From a virus (lineage: Duplodnaviria; Caudoviricetes): a DNA stretch of 33,571 bases. The notes beneath the pieces are model-generated. The model did not search any database and was not told the DNA's origin. It saw only the letters and a program-made list of their open reading frames with translations. The stretch lies in the IMG/VR virus record IMGVR_UViG_3300025642_000015, positions 1 through 33,571 of that record, one strand, 5' to 3'. Each line of letters opens with the position of its first letter. Positions within the stretch are counted from its first letter, which is position 1. Positions 1-11,400 of this stretch are shown here, in pieces. The position numbers and the translations under genes were made by a program.

Positions 1-14
1 CATAAGGAGCAATA

Positions 15-950
15 ATGCAAACTTATTACGGATTAAACAGACAGGGCGCTGCGGCAAGCGGAAGATACACGAGAACCCCCGTGCCGATGGGTGTACCAGG
101 TATTAAATCACCGTTCGCTGCTCAGGCTTTGGCCGATCCGACAGCACCAGCGCTGTCAGATATCGCACCACAGCGAAGGCCAGGTGTTCCGGGAGAAGGT
201 GAGGCGCCGGGTATATCGACACCTGGACCAGAAAGTCCGGCGGCGACAAGAGCGAGGGAAGACCTTGCAAGATCAGGGTATAGTGTTAACCCTATGGATG
301 CCCTTGGTGGGCGTGTTAAGACAGGCCTTTTAAATACCGGTGTAGCGCTGGCTTTAGATGCTCCAGTATCCACAGCTGTGAAGTTTGGCGCAAAGACAAT
401 GGCGGCACTTCCTGGAACCGTAACGACTTTGGGCGGAATGATAAACAAGGGTGTTCCGATTGAACAGTCGATTGACAAAATAGAACCAGAATATGAAAAA
501 CTCGCCGAGGAAGAACTCGCCACCGGAGTGAATCAAGATCCAGCAAGAGTCCGTTCATTAGGTAAATACGCCCCGGTGCCGCTTACAACTCAGGCGTATA
601 GAAAAATTTTAGATACCTTGTCCCCAAAGAAAGTAATTGACCCCGGGGCTCCTCCGGGTGCTATTGGTGAAAGCGGGCTGGGGCAACCAGGCTCACAACC
701 AAGTGATTACGGCCATGAAGCAAGAATGGGACTCGGTGTCGGTGATGTTGCCGGAACACAAGAAGCAGCGGATATCCCCGGAACAGGTGATAAGCCAGTC
801 GGCAAAGATTATGGGAATAGAACAGAACCAGGTGGCGCACCGGGCGGCCCAGGATTAGGCGGTGGCGGTATGGGCGGCGGCAGAAGTGAAGGCGCGGGAG
901 ACATGGGCCACGATAGCGCACCGGGTATGGGCGGTATGGGCGGGGTATAA
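15..950 (+). CDS. Gly/Pro-rich putative internal virion (ejection/DNA-transfer) protein
   Basis: 311-aa ORF with AAGGAG RBS. Low-complexity Gly-rich C-terminus. First of three consecutive ORFs of increasing size, as in podovirus ejection-protein clusters. Confidence 0.5.
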   Translation: MQTYYGLNRQGAAASGRYTRTPVPMGVPGIKSPFAAQALADPTAPALSDIAPQRRPGVPGEGEAPGISTPGPESPAATRAREDLARSGYSVNPMDALGGRVKTGLLNTGVALALDAPVSTAVKFGAKTMAALPGTVTTLGGMINKGVPIEQSIDKIEPEYEKLAEEELATGVNQDPARVRSLGKYAPVPLTTQAYRKILDTLSPKKVIDPGAPPGAIGESGLGQPGSQPSDYGHEARMGLGVGDVAGTQEAADIPGTGDKPVGKDYGNRTEPGGAPGGPGLGGGGMGGGRSEGAGDMGHDSAPGMGGMGGV

Positions 951-959
951 GGAGATACT

Positions 960-2480
960 ATGCAGAATTATGTAGGGCAGGCATTACAGAATCTTTCCGG
1001 AACGGTCGAGGGCATAGGCCGGCAGGGTGGGGAGAACCGCCTTAGAACGGCAGAGTTGGGATTAAAACGGGCTACTCAGGCTTTGCAGATACCTGGGCTG
1101 AAATTACAGGCGCAGGAAAATGAAGCCGAAATTGCACAGCGAAACCAGCCCGTAAATGTCAAAATTCTTATGCAAAAAGATAATCCTGAATCAATTTTTC
1201 ACATTTTAGGAAGCCAAACAACCAAAAACATGCCGCCGCCGTACCAGGCTGTAGGCAACATATTCGGAGCAACGGTTGACGAGCAGGGAAACTATATTGT
1301 CGATGGTAGGCCGCTAACCAATTGGGAGTTTAATCAGAAAGCGGCGCAAGTTCAAAGAACGATGGGCTTTTATACCGACCCAAAGAAGGCAATGACTACC
1401 CGTTCAAACATGGCGCAGAAATCTCTTGACTCTGGAATTGATACAAGAACCGGGCAACCTCTTGATGAGAAAATGAAAATGAATCTTGCAGGCGGGATTG
1501 AAAAAGTTGGCAAAATGACCGACTCAGATTATCTCAGAGGATACGAGCAGCAGCTTGCAGATATGGAAGCATCTAAGGCGCCTTTTATTGACGGCGGCGG
1601 GAGTACTGCATTGATTGATGCGGCTATCGGGCGGGTTCAGGGAAAGATTGATTCTTACAAGGCTACGATTACTAAGGCAAGCGACCGGGAATATGAGGCA
1701 ACCGTTGCAAAACAGGCACAGGCGGATAAGAAAGCACTCAAGCTGCTTGAAATTGCAGCCAAAGACACCCGTAGCAAACTTCAAAAAGATGTTGAGTTCG
1801 CGGCGGCGGCTTATAATATCACGGAAAAAGAAGCAACCGACATGCTTAGGGCAGATAAAACAATCGCACCAAGGCTCAAGGCATACACCGAAGCGTTAGA
1901 ACCGTTTGCGGAAAAACTTAAATACGGTGAAATAACCGAAGCTGAATATACCAAGAAAGATAACGAGCTGTGGTCGAAGTTTGGACTTGGGAAGGAAGAG
2001 GACGCCCCGAAACCAAAAACCGAGCTTGGCGGCTACCTCAGTAGAGTAAAAGGACAGGATGCTGATGGCATTGCATCCCCCGAACCACAGCCCGCGAAAC
2101 CAGTCATTCCTGAACCAAAAAGTGAAAAGAAAATAAAAAAACCCATAGCCTTTAACCAAAAACTGCCCGTTGAAATGTCTGAATGGGATGTGAGTACAAC
2201 TTCACAGGGCGGCAAAAGTACATATATTGAACTGAATACAGGAACAAAACTTACTCAAGAAGAGTTCGATGCTTGGGTTGAATGGGACAAGGAGCAACTA
2301 ACGCCGGTAGGTAAGTTTATAAAAAAACATACCACATCGACAGTGCCGGGTGCGCCATATAACCCACAAAAAAATCCAGCGCCCATAGGAATTAAGCGAC
2401 CAGGGGATATAGTGCAACTAAAGAAACAATATCCGGAATTATCTGATAAAGAACTTCGAGAAATGGCAGGACGGTTATAA
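960..2480 (+). CDS. putative internal virion/ejection protein (helical)
   Basis: 506-aa ORF with AAGGAG RBS. Ala/Gln/Lys-rich helical composition. Directly upstream of the giant polyvalent protein. Confidence 0.5.
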   Translation: MQNYVGQALQNLSGTVEGIGRQGGENRLRTAELGLKRATQALQIPGLKLQAQENEAEIAQRNQPVNVKILMQKDNPESIFHILGSQTTKNMPPPYQAVGNIFGATVDEQGNYIVDGRPLTNWEFNQKAAQVQRTMGFYTDPKKAMTTRSNMAQKSLDSGIDTRTGQPLDEKMKMNLAGGIEKVGKMTDSDYLRGYEQQLADMEASKAPFIDGGGSTALIDAAIGRVQGKIDSYKATITKASDREYEATVAKQAQADKKALKLLEIAAKDTRSKLQKDVEFAAAAYNITEKEATDMLRADKTIAPRLKAYTEALEPFAEKLKYGEITEAEYTKKDNELWSKFGLGKEEDAPKPKTELGGYLSRVKGQDADGIASPEPQPAKPVIPEPKSEKKIKKPIAFNQKLPVEMSEWDVSTTSQGGKSTYIELNTGTKLTQEEFDAWVEWDKEQLTPVGKFIKKHTTSTVPGAPYNPQKNPAPIGIKRPGDIVQLKKQYPELSDKELREMAGRL

Positions 2481-5400
2481 ATGAATTTTTCCTACATAGA
2501 CGACCCGGAATGGGGAAAACTCGACAACGAGACACAGCAGAAAGTAATCGGGCTTGCGTTTCAAGATAATATTGCGTCCGATGCTGAGTGGACAAATCTG
2601 TCCCCGGGTATTCAAAAATCAGTTCAGGATTTGTATCTTAAAGATGCTACCGAGTATAGCCGGTCTGTTATGCCGAAACCGGGCGATGACGATTCTTGGA
2701 ATGTCACAAGAGGGTTGAAGGCAGGTGCTTTGCAAACCGCAGCGGTTGTGCCGGCAGTCGGTGCTATGGCGGCAAAAACTGTTGGGTTAGATTCTGCAGC
2801 AGAGAGTATGATGGGCGCGGCTCAAGGTTTAATGAAAAAGTCCGAAAAGTACCAACCGGATACATCCTTTAAAGAACTTGTGGACGATCCGAGCATTGAA
2901 GGTGCTGCAGATTGGGCAATGTATACCATTGGCAATTTCGCACCATCCCTTGTTGTCGGGTTTGGTGGTGCTGCTACAGGCGCCAAAATAACGACTAAGA
3001 TATTCCTGAAGAATGCAATTAAAAAAGGCGTCTCAAAAGGATTGACCGCAGAGGCGGCGGCAAAGGCTGTAACTGAACAGGCTATTAAAAAAGCCACTCT
3101 CAGAGGCGCCCAGGTAGGCATAGTGGGTTCTACCGCACCTTTAGAGGGCGGGCATATGTTCATGGAGGATGTTGAAAGCCATGGCATAGAAGACGCCAGT
3201 GTCGGTAAGTCGGTTTTAATGGGTGGGTTAGCCGGCATGGTTGAACTTGGTGTCGGCGGTTTTGGTAAAGGCCATATGCGGCTTATCGAGAAGTTTATGG
3301 GAACCGCCGCCAAAGAAACGGCTGAACAAAGTCCCAAACTGGCCGTAAGGATGCTCAAGGAAATTGGTAGACAAAGCGGCGGCGAGGCATTCCAGGAGCT
3401 TACCCAGGAAGAACTTGCGATTTTAAACGAGGCGTGGACAGCCACACCGGATGAAGAATACGACACGACTTCTAAAGAAAATCTGATGCGACTTGCGGAG
3501 TCGGCAGCCGGCGGTGGCTTGATTGGTATCCCCGGTGGCATGGCCGGTGGTATCGGCGGCCCAGAAAAAGAAGTTATCAACCTGCCCGATGTAGACCCAA
3601 CCGCAGAGCAACCGGACATCCCCCCTGTAAAAGATTGGGAATTTGGCAAAGTAGGCGACTCGTTCAAAAAAGGCATGGAAGCCGCAGCCGCTTTAAAAGC
3701 AACACAGGCGCCAAGAGTTGAACCTGAAGGCTACCGGCCTGCTAAAGAATCAGCAAAGGTATTCGAAGAAACGCTTTCGGCTGAAGAAAGGCTTAGACAG
3801 TCTGAAGTCGGCAGAGAGTCGCTTAAAAAACAATACACCGAAGAGGTTGCTGCTGGTGGCCGGGAAGCTGTTGCCAAGGAATATAAAGGAAAACCAGTAA
3901 CCGGCGAAATAATGACACCCGATGAATTGTCTGTTACCCGTGAATTAATGCGAGATGAACTGCGACAATCAGGTGAAGAAAGAGGTCGAGAAACACGGGC
4001 AAGCGCTGCCGGCAAAGCGCTTGAAAAGGTTGGGCCTGTTGAAGCCGAAAGGCTTTTGAAGGAAGATGTCAGAACTCGTCAATATTTCGGGCAAGGCTTT
4101 TTAACTAACGACCGGGCAAAACAACTGAATGAAATTATTACCCAGAACGATATAACCAGTATGGCCGGCACTCCTAATGGGTTGGTGCAAGTTGGTGAAT
4201 CTCGTGCCATGGGTGTTCCCGAAAAAGGGACGATACCGGACGATAAGGGGACTGTTACCCCGATAAGCCCCCCATTAACCCCCGATAAGCCCCCGATAAC
4301 GGACGTTAAAAAAGCTGTTGCAACAAAGGGCCGGGCTCCCGAGTCGGCAGAAATCCCGCAAAAGGAGCCCGCTACCCTACCTGAACCGAAAGCCGGTGCC
4401 GCTGAAAAAGCATTTCTGAAAGCTGGCGGTAAAAAACCAAAAGACTTATACGAAGCGGAAATAGCTGAGGAAGACGGGAAAACAACGGCAGAGGGTGGGG
4501 AATACGCCAAAGATGTTGTTTCTCACGCAAAGCAGGAAGAGGCCAGAACAGAGTTTTATGAATCAGCCGCCAAGGAAGGCCATTCAGCACAGGCACACGA
4601 TATAATAGGTGGCAATATAGATAGATTGCTTGATGACGTTCGGCGTGGCCGGATCACCAACGAGAAAGCTGTGGCGATGCACGAAGATGCAGTCAAAAAC
4701 GGGATCGCCATACCTGAAAAGTTAGAGCAACTCAAGAAAAGGATTAAGCCCAAAAAGGCCGAAGCACCAGAGGGTAAGGAACCTTGGGAGATGAGCGCTG
4801 AAGAATTTAAGAATAGGGTTATAGAAGAAGATAATTTAAAAACAGGCCCGTTATCACTCAAGCGGGGTGGACATATATCGTTAGAACCACAAGTCGAGAA
4901 AGCTGTTAAGCAGTTTCATGAATGGGGGATAAGAACCCGTAGTAGCGCAGGGTATCAGCACGACGTAATTCGACCGGGTGCTCCAACGGGATACACAGGT
5001 ATAACGTTTGAAAATGGCAAAATACCGCAAGAAGCAATCGCGAAGATTAAAAAAGAATATCCAGATGTTGAAATAACGGACAATAAAATAAACTTTCTGT
5101 ATGATTTTCTTGGTGGCATTGGCGATGTTAACAAACCTAAAAACGTCAAGCCTCAAGTTGAAAAATGGGACAGTATATTAAAAATTATAGAACCGTATGT
5201 TTCCCATAGACAGATCACAGAGCAAGCCATAAAAGAAGGCAAAATAAAATCCCATCCTGATTATCCGGATCTTGGCAAGCAGGTTGAGAAGCCCAAAGAA
5301 ACCAAAAAAGCCAAGGCCCCTGAACCGAAAAAAAAACGTGTATCAAAAGGCCCGACAACAATCCGTGGCACAATCAAGGCGATGGGGTTTATCAACTTTC

Positions 5401-8400
5401 TTAATATGAAGGGCGAAGTTAAGGATATGCCGTTTGGTGCGAGAATATTGACCAGAGCCAATAGCGGCGTACCATATGATTTAGCGGAAAAGTCACTCAA
5501 GGCCGAGGGATGGATGTATGAGAATGAATCCTTAATTGAACTACTGCCAAGTGAAGAGTTTCGCAAAAGACGGCACCTGACTGTTGATACGCTGGAAAGG
5601 AAAGACAATTTAACCGGCACAGAAAAACAGTTCAAAGAGGACTTGGAACACGAACCGGAGTCACCGCCTGAAGGCAATTACGTTCAAATGAACGCTGAAG
5701 ACCTGCCCGAAGGTAAAAAGCTCACCATTATTGAAGGCAATTCAGCCGATGGATGGGACACCTACGAGGTCACCGAGAAAGATCCTTTCGGCGTAACCCT
5801 GAAGGACGGAACCATTATTGAGTTGTCCCCTCTCGATCAAGTTGACGTTTTGATGGATGACGTAAAGGACGTTCCGGGCGTAGCTGAAAGCCAAACCAAA
5901 ATGTTCGGGCCTGACCCGGGTCAGTTAGATATGTTTGGTGGAGCGCCGAAGCAGGCAAAGGCTAAGAGAACCCGCAAGAAAAAAACACCTACTGTACGGA
6001 AAGAGGCGCAAATTGATCTGTTCACCGGCAAGGCAAAACAGATTCAGAAAGATTTATTTAAGCCGTTTCCGAAGAAACCGCCTATCCTCACTAAGGCGCC
6101 AGCGTCAAATAGGGCAAAGGGTTTATCGCCCGGAACCTTCATGCATACCTCTGGGCACATTCGTGGGCCAAGTACCACAGTAAAATCAGTTGATGAAGTA
6201 GCCTCTCTCTTGGCTCACATTCGTAAGGATAATCAAGAAAATCTTTTCGCTATAACGACAGATAAAGACGGCAAGATTCTTGAAATTCATCAGTATTCTA
6301 GAGGTACTAAAAGCGAGTCGAATGTTCATTCCATAGAAGTTGCCGGTCACGTTCTCAATATCCCTGACGCACATACCGTTTACGTTGCACATAACCATCC
6401 GTCCGGCGATAGCAGTCCCTCACAACCAGACCTTTCTTTAATGGAGGTCATCGGTGAAATTGTTGAATTAAAAGGAATAAAATTCGAGGCGTTTATTATA
6501 GCTGGCAATGGATATCGCCGATTTGATGGGGAAAAATACGCTAAGGAAATGATGAGAAGATCGGGTCTTAGCGAGGTGAACTTTCAGGCATTAGGAAAAG
6601 AAAATGAAGATGAAAGAGACTTTAAGGCAGAGAAATACACAAATAAACCTCACACCAAATTAACGCCGGTATCCAGAACAAAAAGGATGCCTATCAAAAA
6701 GCGTGGGATGCATCCAAAGCGAATCTCTGGTGAATCAATTACCAACCCGGATGAGATAGTAAATTTAGTAAAATCAAAATACGGCGGTGAGGACGGATTT
6801 GTATTTTTAGGCTCAAAACTTAACGTTGTAGGTTTTTTACCCTTTCCGTCTGGAATGCCTATAAAAGAGGCGGCGGCAAAATTTATTCAGGCGGCGGAGA
6901 ATGCAAATGCGGCAGGGTCTGTTCTTTCCGTTAACGACCCGTTGGCGTCTAAGCCTGGCAGGATTGGTTTCGTTAGCGCGATTGCTCAAAATCTTAACTC
7001 TACTTTAAAGTTATTTGATATTATTGAGAACGGAAATTCATACGCTACCAGCGGAAGATTGGGGCTTATGACAACCGGGCCAACACCGTTCAACAATCTG
7101 TATTCTAAAAACGCATTATATTCTGTCAACCCGGGCAACCCGCTAACGGGCCTAACCCGCGATCACCTAAAGAAAATATTCCATTGGGCAGATTCAGTAA
7201 GAACCCTAAAAGACGGCTCAACCCTAATCACCAAAGGCACCCGTCAATTCAAGATAGCCAGAGTTGATCACATAGCCATAGACAAGGCAGCTTTCGAAAT
7301 AGCATACCGGCGTAAACCCACTTCAGCAGACGTTGCGGCAGGGGCGTATCAGGACGGCACCATCACGCTGTCTGATATTGCTGATGCCGGCACTGTGGCC
7401 CACGAAAGTTATCATTACCTCCGAGCATCCGGTCTTGTAAACAATGCAGACGTCCGGGCGATACACCGAGTCATAGGCAAGGACGCAACCGAGGAACAGG
7501 AAGCCGAGTGGATTGAGAAGAATATAAACGACCGGAACCAGAAGGGGCGGCTTGGGAAGCTGATTCAGAAGATTCGGGATTTTGTTGATTCAATCGTAAA
7601 TCTTTTTCACCGGACGGCTACGGGCGTGGTTCGTGATATTGAATCGGGAAAAGCCTTTACCGATAAACAAAGTCCGGTATTCGAGTTTGCTCAGGCGGTA
7701 TCGTATTCATTAGCACAGGCCAAAAGGAATATTCTGGATAACCCGGCTTTTGTGAAATGGTTTGGTGATTCTAAGGTTGTGGATGATGCGGGTAAGCCTT
7801 TGGTGGTTTATCATGGGACACGGGCCAGTTTTTCTAAATTTGATCCAAAAATAAAAAGAGAAGATTCAGACCAGGGGTGGCTCGGAAGCAATATGATATA
7901 TTTTTCTGAAAATCCTGATGTCGCCAACGCTTATAGTGATAGCGCCACCACAAAAGAGGATGAAACTTCTTTCGGTGGTAAAACATTCTCAAAAGACGCA
8001 AGGGTTATCCCCGTTTATTTAAGCGTTCAAAAAATATATCGGTTTCCGGACAATAGAGATATCCCAATAAACAAAGAAGAGGCAGATGCCTTTAGGGAAG
8101 AAATGCTATCGAAGGGTTACGATGGAGTTTATCTCCCATATGTTTTTTACGGGAAAGAGGAGGTTAAATTTAACGAAGTTGCTGTTTTCAACCCAACTCA
8201 AATAAAATCAATCTACAACAAAGGCACCTTTGACCCGGCTAACCCGGATATTCGATATCAGGCGAAATCAAAGGCGCTCAGAGAGGGAATGCCTGCCTAC
8301 TCCTTGCCAAAAACAGAAACGCCAGAGGGCGGGAAAAATAGGGCTGGTGTTTTATATGAAAAGGGTGAAGTACCCGATGGGTCTTTTGTGCATGGGAGAG

Positions 8401-11400
8401 TAGGTAAGCAATCGCTTAGAGACGATGTGGTTATTCTTGGCACTAATGATTGGGAAGTTGCAGAGCAATATGCTGGTGATAATGGTTCAATGTGGTTGTT
8501 AGAACCATCGACAACAAGCAAGGTACTTGATGCTGATAAAAATTATTTTAAAATAGTAGATGCTTTATTCGCAGATTATAAAAAAGGTGCTTTGCCGTAT
8601 GAGTTGGAAAAAACAATCGAATATGAGATTAAAGAGTATGGCCTATCAGGCACAAAAGAAAAAATAGCGATGGAAATTGTTCCAGAAGATATAGTCGGTG
8701 ATGCTGGTATGTGGGACAGTATAGATTTTGTAGAATGGGTTGTAGATAGGTTTGAATACGATATTGTTGTATGGAATGAAGGTGAATCAGCCGCCATAAT
8801 AAATAAAAATAATATTAAAACGCAAAAGGTAAATAAAGGTGCGCCGAAATACTCAGTAGCCCAAAAAGCAGCAGAAAAAAGATACACCAAAGTCCTCAAC
8901 GAGGCAGCAGGCGATCACAAAGCCCCCAAAGACGGTGAGAAATCAAAGGCGCTCAGAGAGGGAATGCCTGCCTACTCCGTGAAAGAATACGACGGTTCTT
9001 TGCCGGAAACAACGGTAGACAAAGCGAAAAAAGCGTTAGAGCGTCCGTTCAACGACACAATGGCGTGGCTTGTAGATAAAAACAGGCCAATATCTACAGT
9101 TCAAAGTCATCTTGAAAAAGTTACCGACGAAATAGATGTGTTTTTAAAAGAAACCCAGAGACCGAAAAGAACGGCGGCAAAAGTAAAAAAGGCGTGGAAT
9201 GAGGAAGTAAAGCCGATAATAACAAAGATGGCGCAGTTCAAAATAAACATTCAGGACCTGGAAACATATAAACACGCCCTACATGCTCACGAAGCGAACG
9301 CAGCACTCAGAAGGGCGAACGCTAAAATTCAAGTAGGAAAAATTGTCAAGGTGCTTGACGCAAGTAACGAGGAAAAAAAAGCATCGGCAATCAATGAAAG
9401 TGTCAAGGATTTGGAAAAGCCTGAAGAATGGTACACAGCATTAAACGATATTATCGATACATATGCGGATGAGGAAAGTCTTGAAAACACGCTGGCAAAA
9501 TGGAAGATATTCTCAGAAAAACCATCCGGCATGACCGATATTGAAGCAACGGAAATACTAAAAGAATACAAAGGTGATAAAAATATTGAAGAGTTGGGTG
9601 TAATGTTGGACGCCATAAACGATAACAAACTTGAACTTTTATTTAACTCGGGCCTTCTACCTCAGCAGGAATACGAAGCTGTAAAAAATAAATACGAGAA
9701 CTATGTTCCATTATATAGAGAAGGATTTGACGATTCGTTATTCGGTACTTCTCGTGGATTAAAGCCATCCGGAAGGCAAATAAAAGTCCGTGGCGGATCT
9801 ACGCGAACCGTTGTTAATATTTTAGCTCATTCGATAGCCAATTACGAAAAGGCAATTAACGCATCCGAGAAGGCAATATCGCAACGAGCTTTACTTGGGT
9901 TGGTGCAGGCTAACCCTGAAAGTGATGTTATAACGGTTGAGCCTGTTAAAAAGTCCCCAAGGCATGACAAAGATGGAAACCTTAGAATGTACCCCAATTT
10001 GGCCGATGTTCAAAAAAATGAAGTCAGGTTGATGGTTGACGGAAAACAATATCTTTTAGCTGTGCAGAGAGACAACAAAGACGCAATGTTGATGATGAAA
10101 ACGCTCAAGGCAGAAAGCGAAACATCCGGGCCGGTGGTAAATGCGTTGGCAAAATTCAACAGGTTTCTTGCAAAAATAAACACAACATGGTCGCCTGAAT
10201 TTATCATATCGAACTTTGCAAGGGATTTCGGGACGGCCAATATCAACATCAAAGATACCGGCGTTAAAGGTAAGGGAATGTTTAAAGGCGCTAAGGACGC
10301 ATGGGGCGCTATATTCGCAATAGAAAGAGGTAAGCCAAAGGGAACAAAGCTCGAAGGTTATTACAAACGGTTCATGGCCGCTGGCGGGAAAATAGGATGG
10401 TCTGATGTACACGATTCAGCAGAAAGTTTAACGAAAAAGATTACCTCAGAGCTGGAAATGGAAAGTGGTAAACGGCCTGTCCGAAAAACAGTTCAAGGCT
10501 GGCTTCAGTTAATAGAGGATGCAAACACATCAATCGAAAACGGCATAAGACTTCATGTCTTTAAGCTGTCAGTAGATCAGGGCAAGACCGACGAACGTGC
10601 CGCCCAGATAGCATCCGATCTAACGGTAGACTTTACAAAAAAAGGAACTGCTGGGCCTGTTATAAATTCGCTTTATCTTTTTGCGAACGCTGGTATTCAG
10701 GGATCGTATAGAGTTTTACGGGCGGCTACAAAGTCAAGAGCTGTTCAAAAAACACTTGCCGGCGTATTCACGGCAGGGTTCACGGTTGGTATGCTGAACG
10801 CCATTGCAGGGGGTGATGATGAAGACGGCGAGGCTTATATAAACAAAATAGACGGTTTTATCAAAGACAGGAACGCGGTTTTTGTAATCCCGGGAACAAA
10901 GGGTAGGTCTGCCAAAATACCCCTACCTTGGGGATATAATACAGTTTGGAACATGGGAACCGAAGCTGCCAGGGCGTTTACCGAAGAAAATTTCAGCCCG
11001 CTAGAAAGTGCTGGAAGGCTTGCCAGAAGCTTTGCTAACGCTTTCAACCCAGTAGCATCAGGAACGCTCTTACAAACACTGGCCCCAACCGTTGCAGACC
11101 CGTTTGTTCAGATAGCCGAGAATAAAAACTGGTTCGGTGGCGAGTTAATGCCTGGTGTTAATAAGTTCGACAAAACCCCAAGTCCTGACTCTCAGAGATA
11201 TTGGAGGTCTGCAAGCGTTGGTTCTAAGTGGATTACAGAACAGTTAAACAGTATTACAGGCGGGGACAAAATAAAGCCGGGTGCAATTGACGTGTCGCCT
11301 GAAACGCTTGATTTGATGGTGGATACACTTGGTGGATCGGCGTTAAGATTTGTTAAAGATTCTCTATCGTTACCGTTAAAGGTTGTGCGGAAAGAAGAAA

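Noticed and set aside
4255-4300. Short tandem CCCGATAAGCCCC repeats
   Set aside because: They lie in a Pro-rich linker and occur in different frames. There is no evidence of function.
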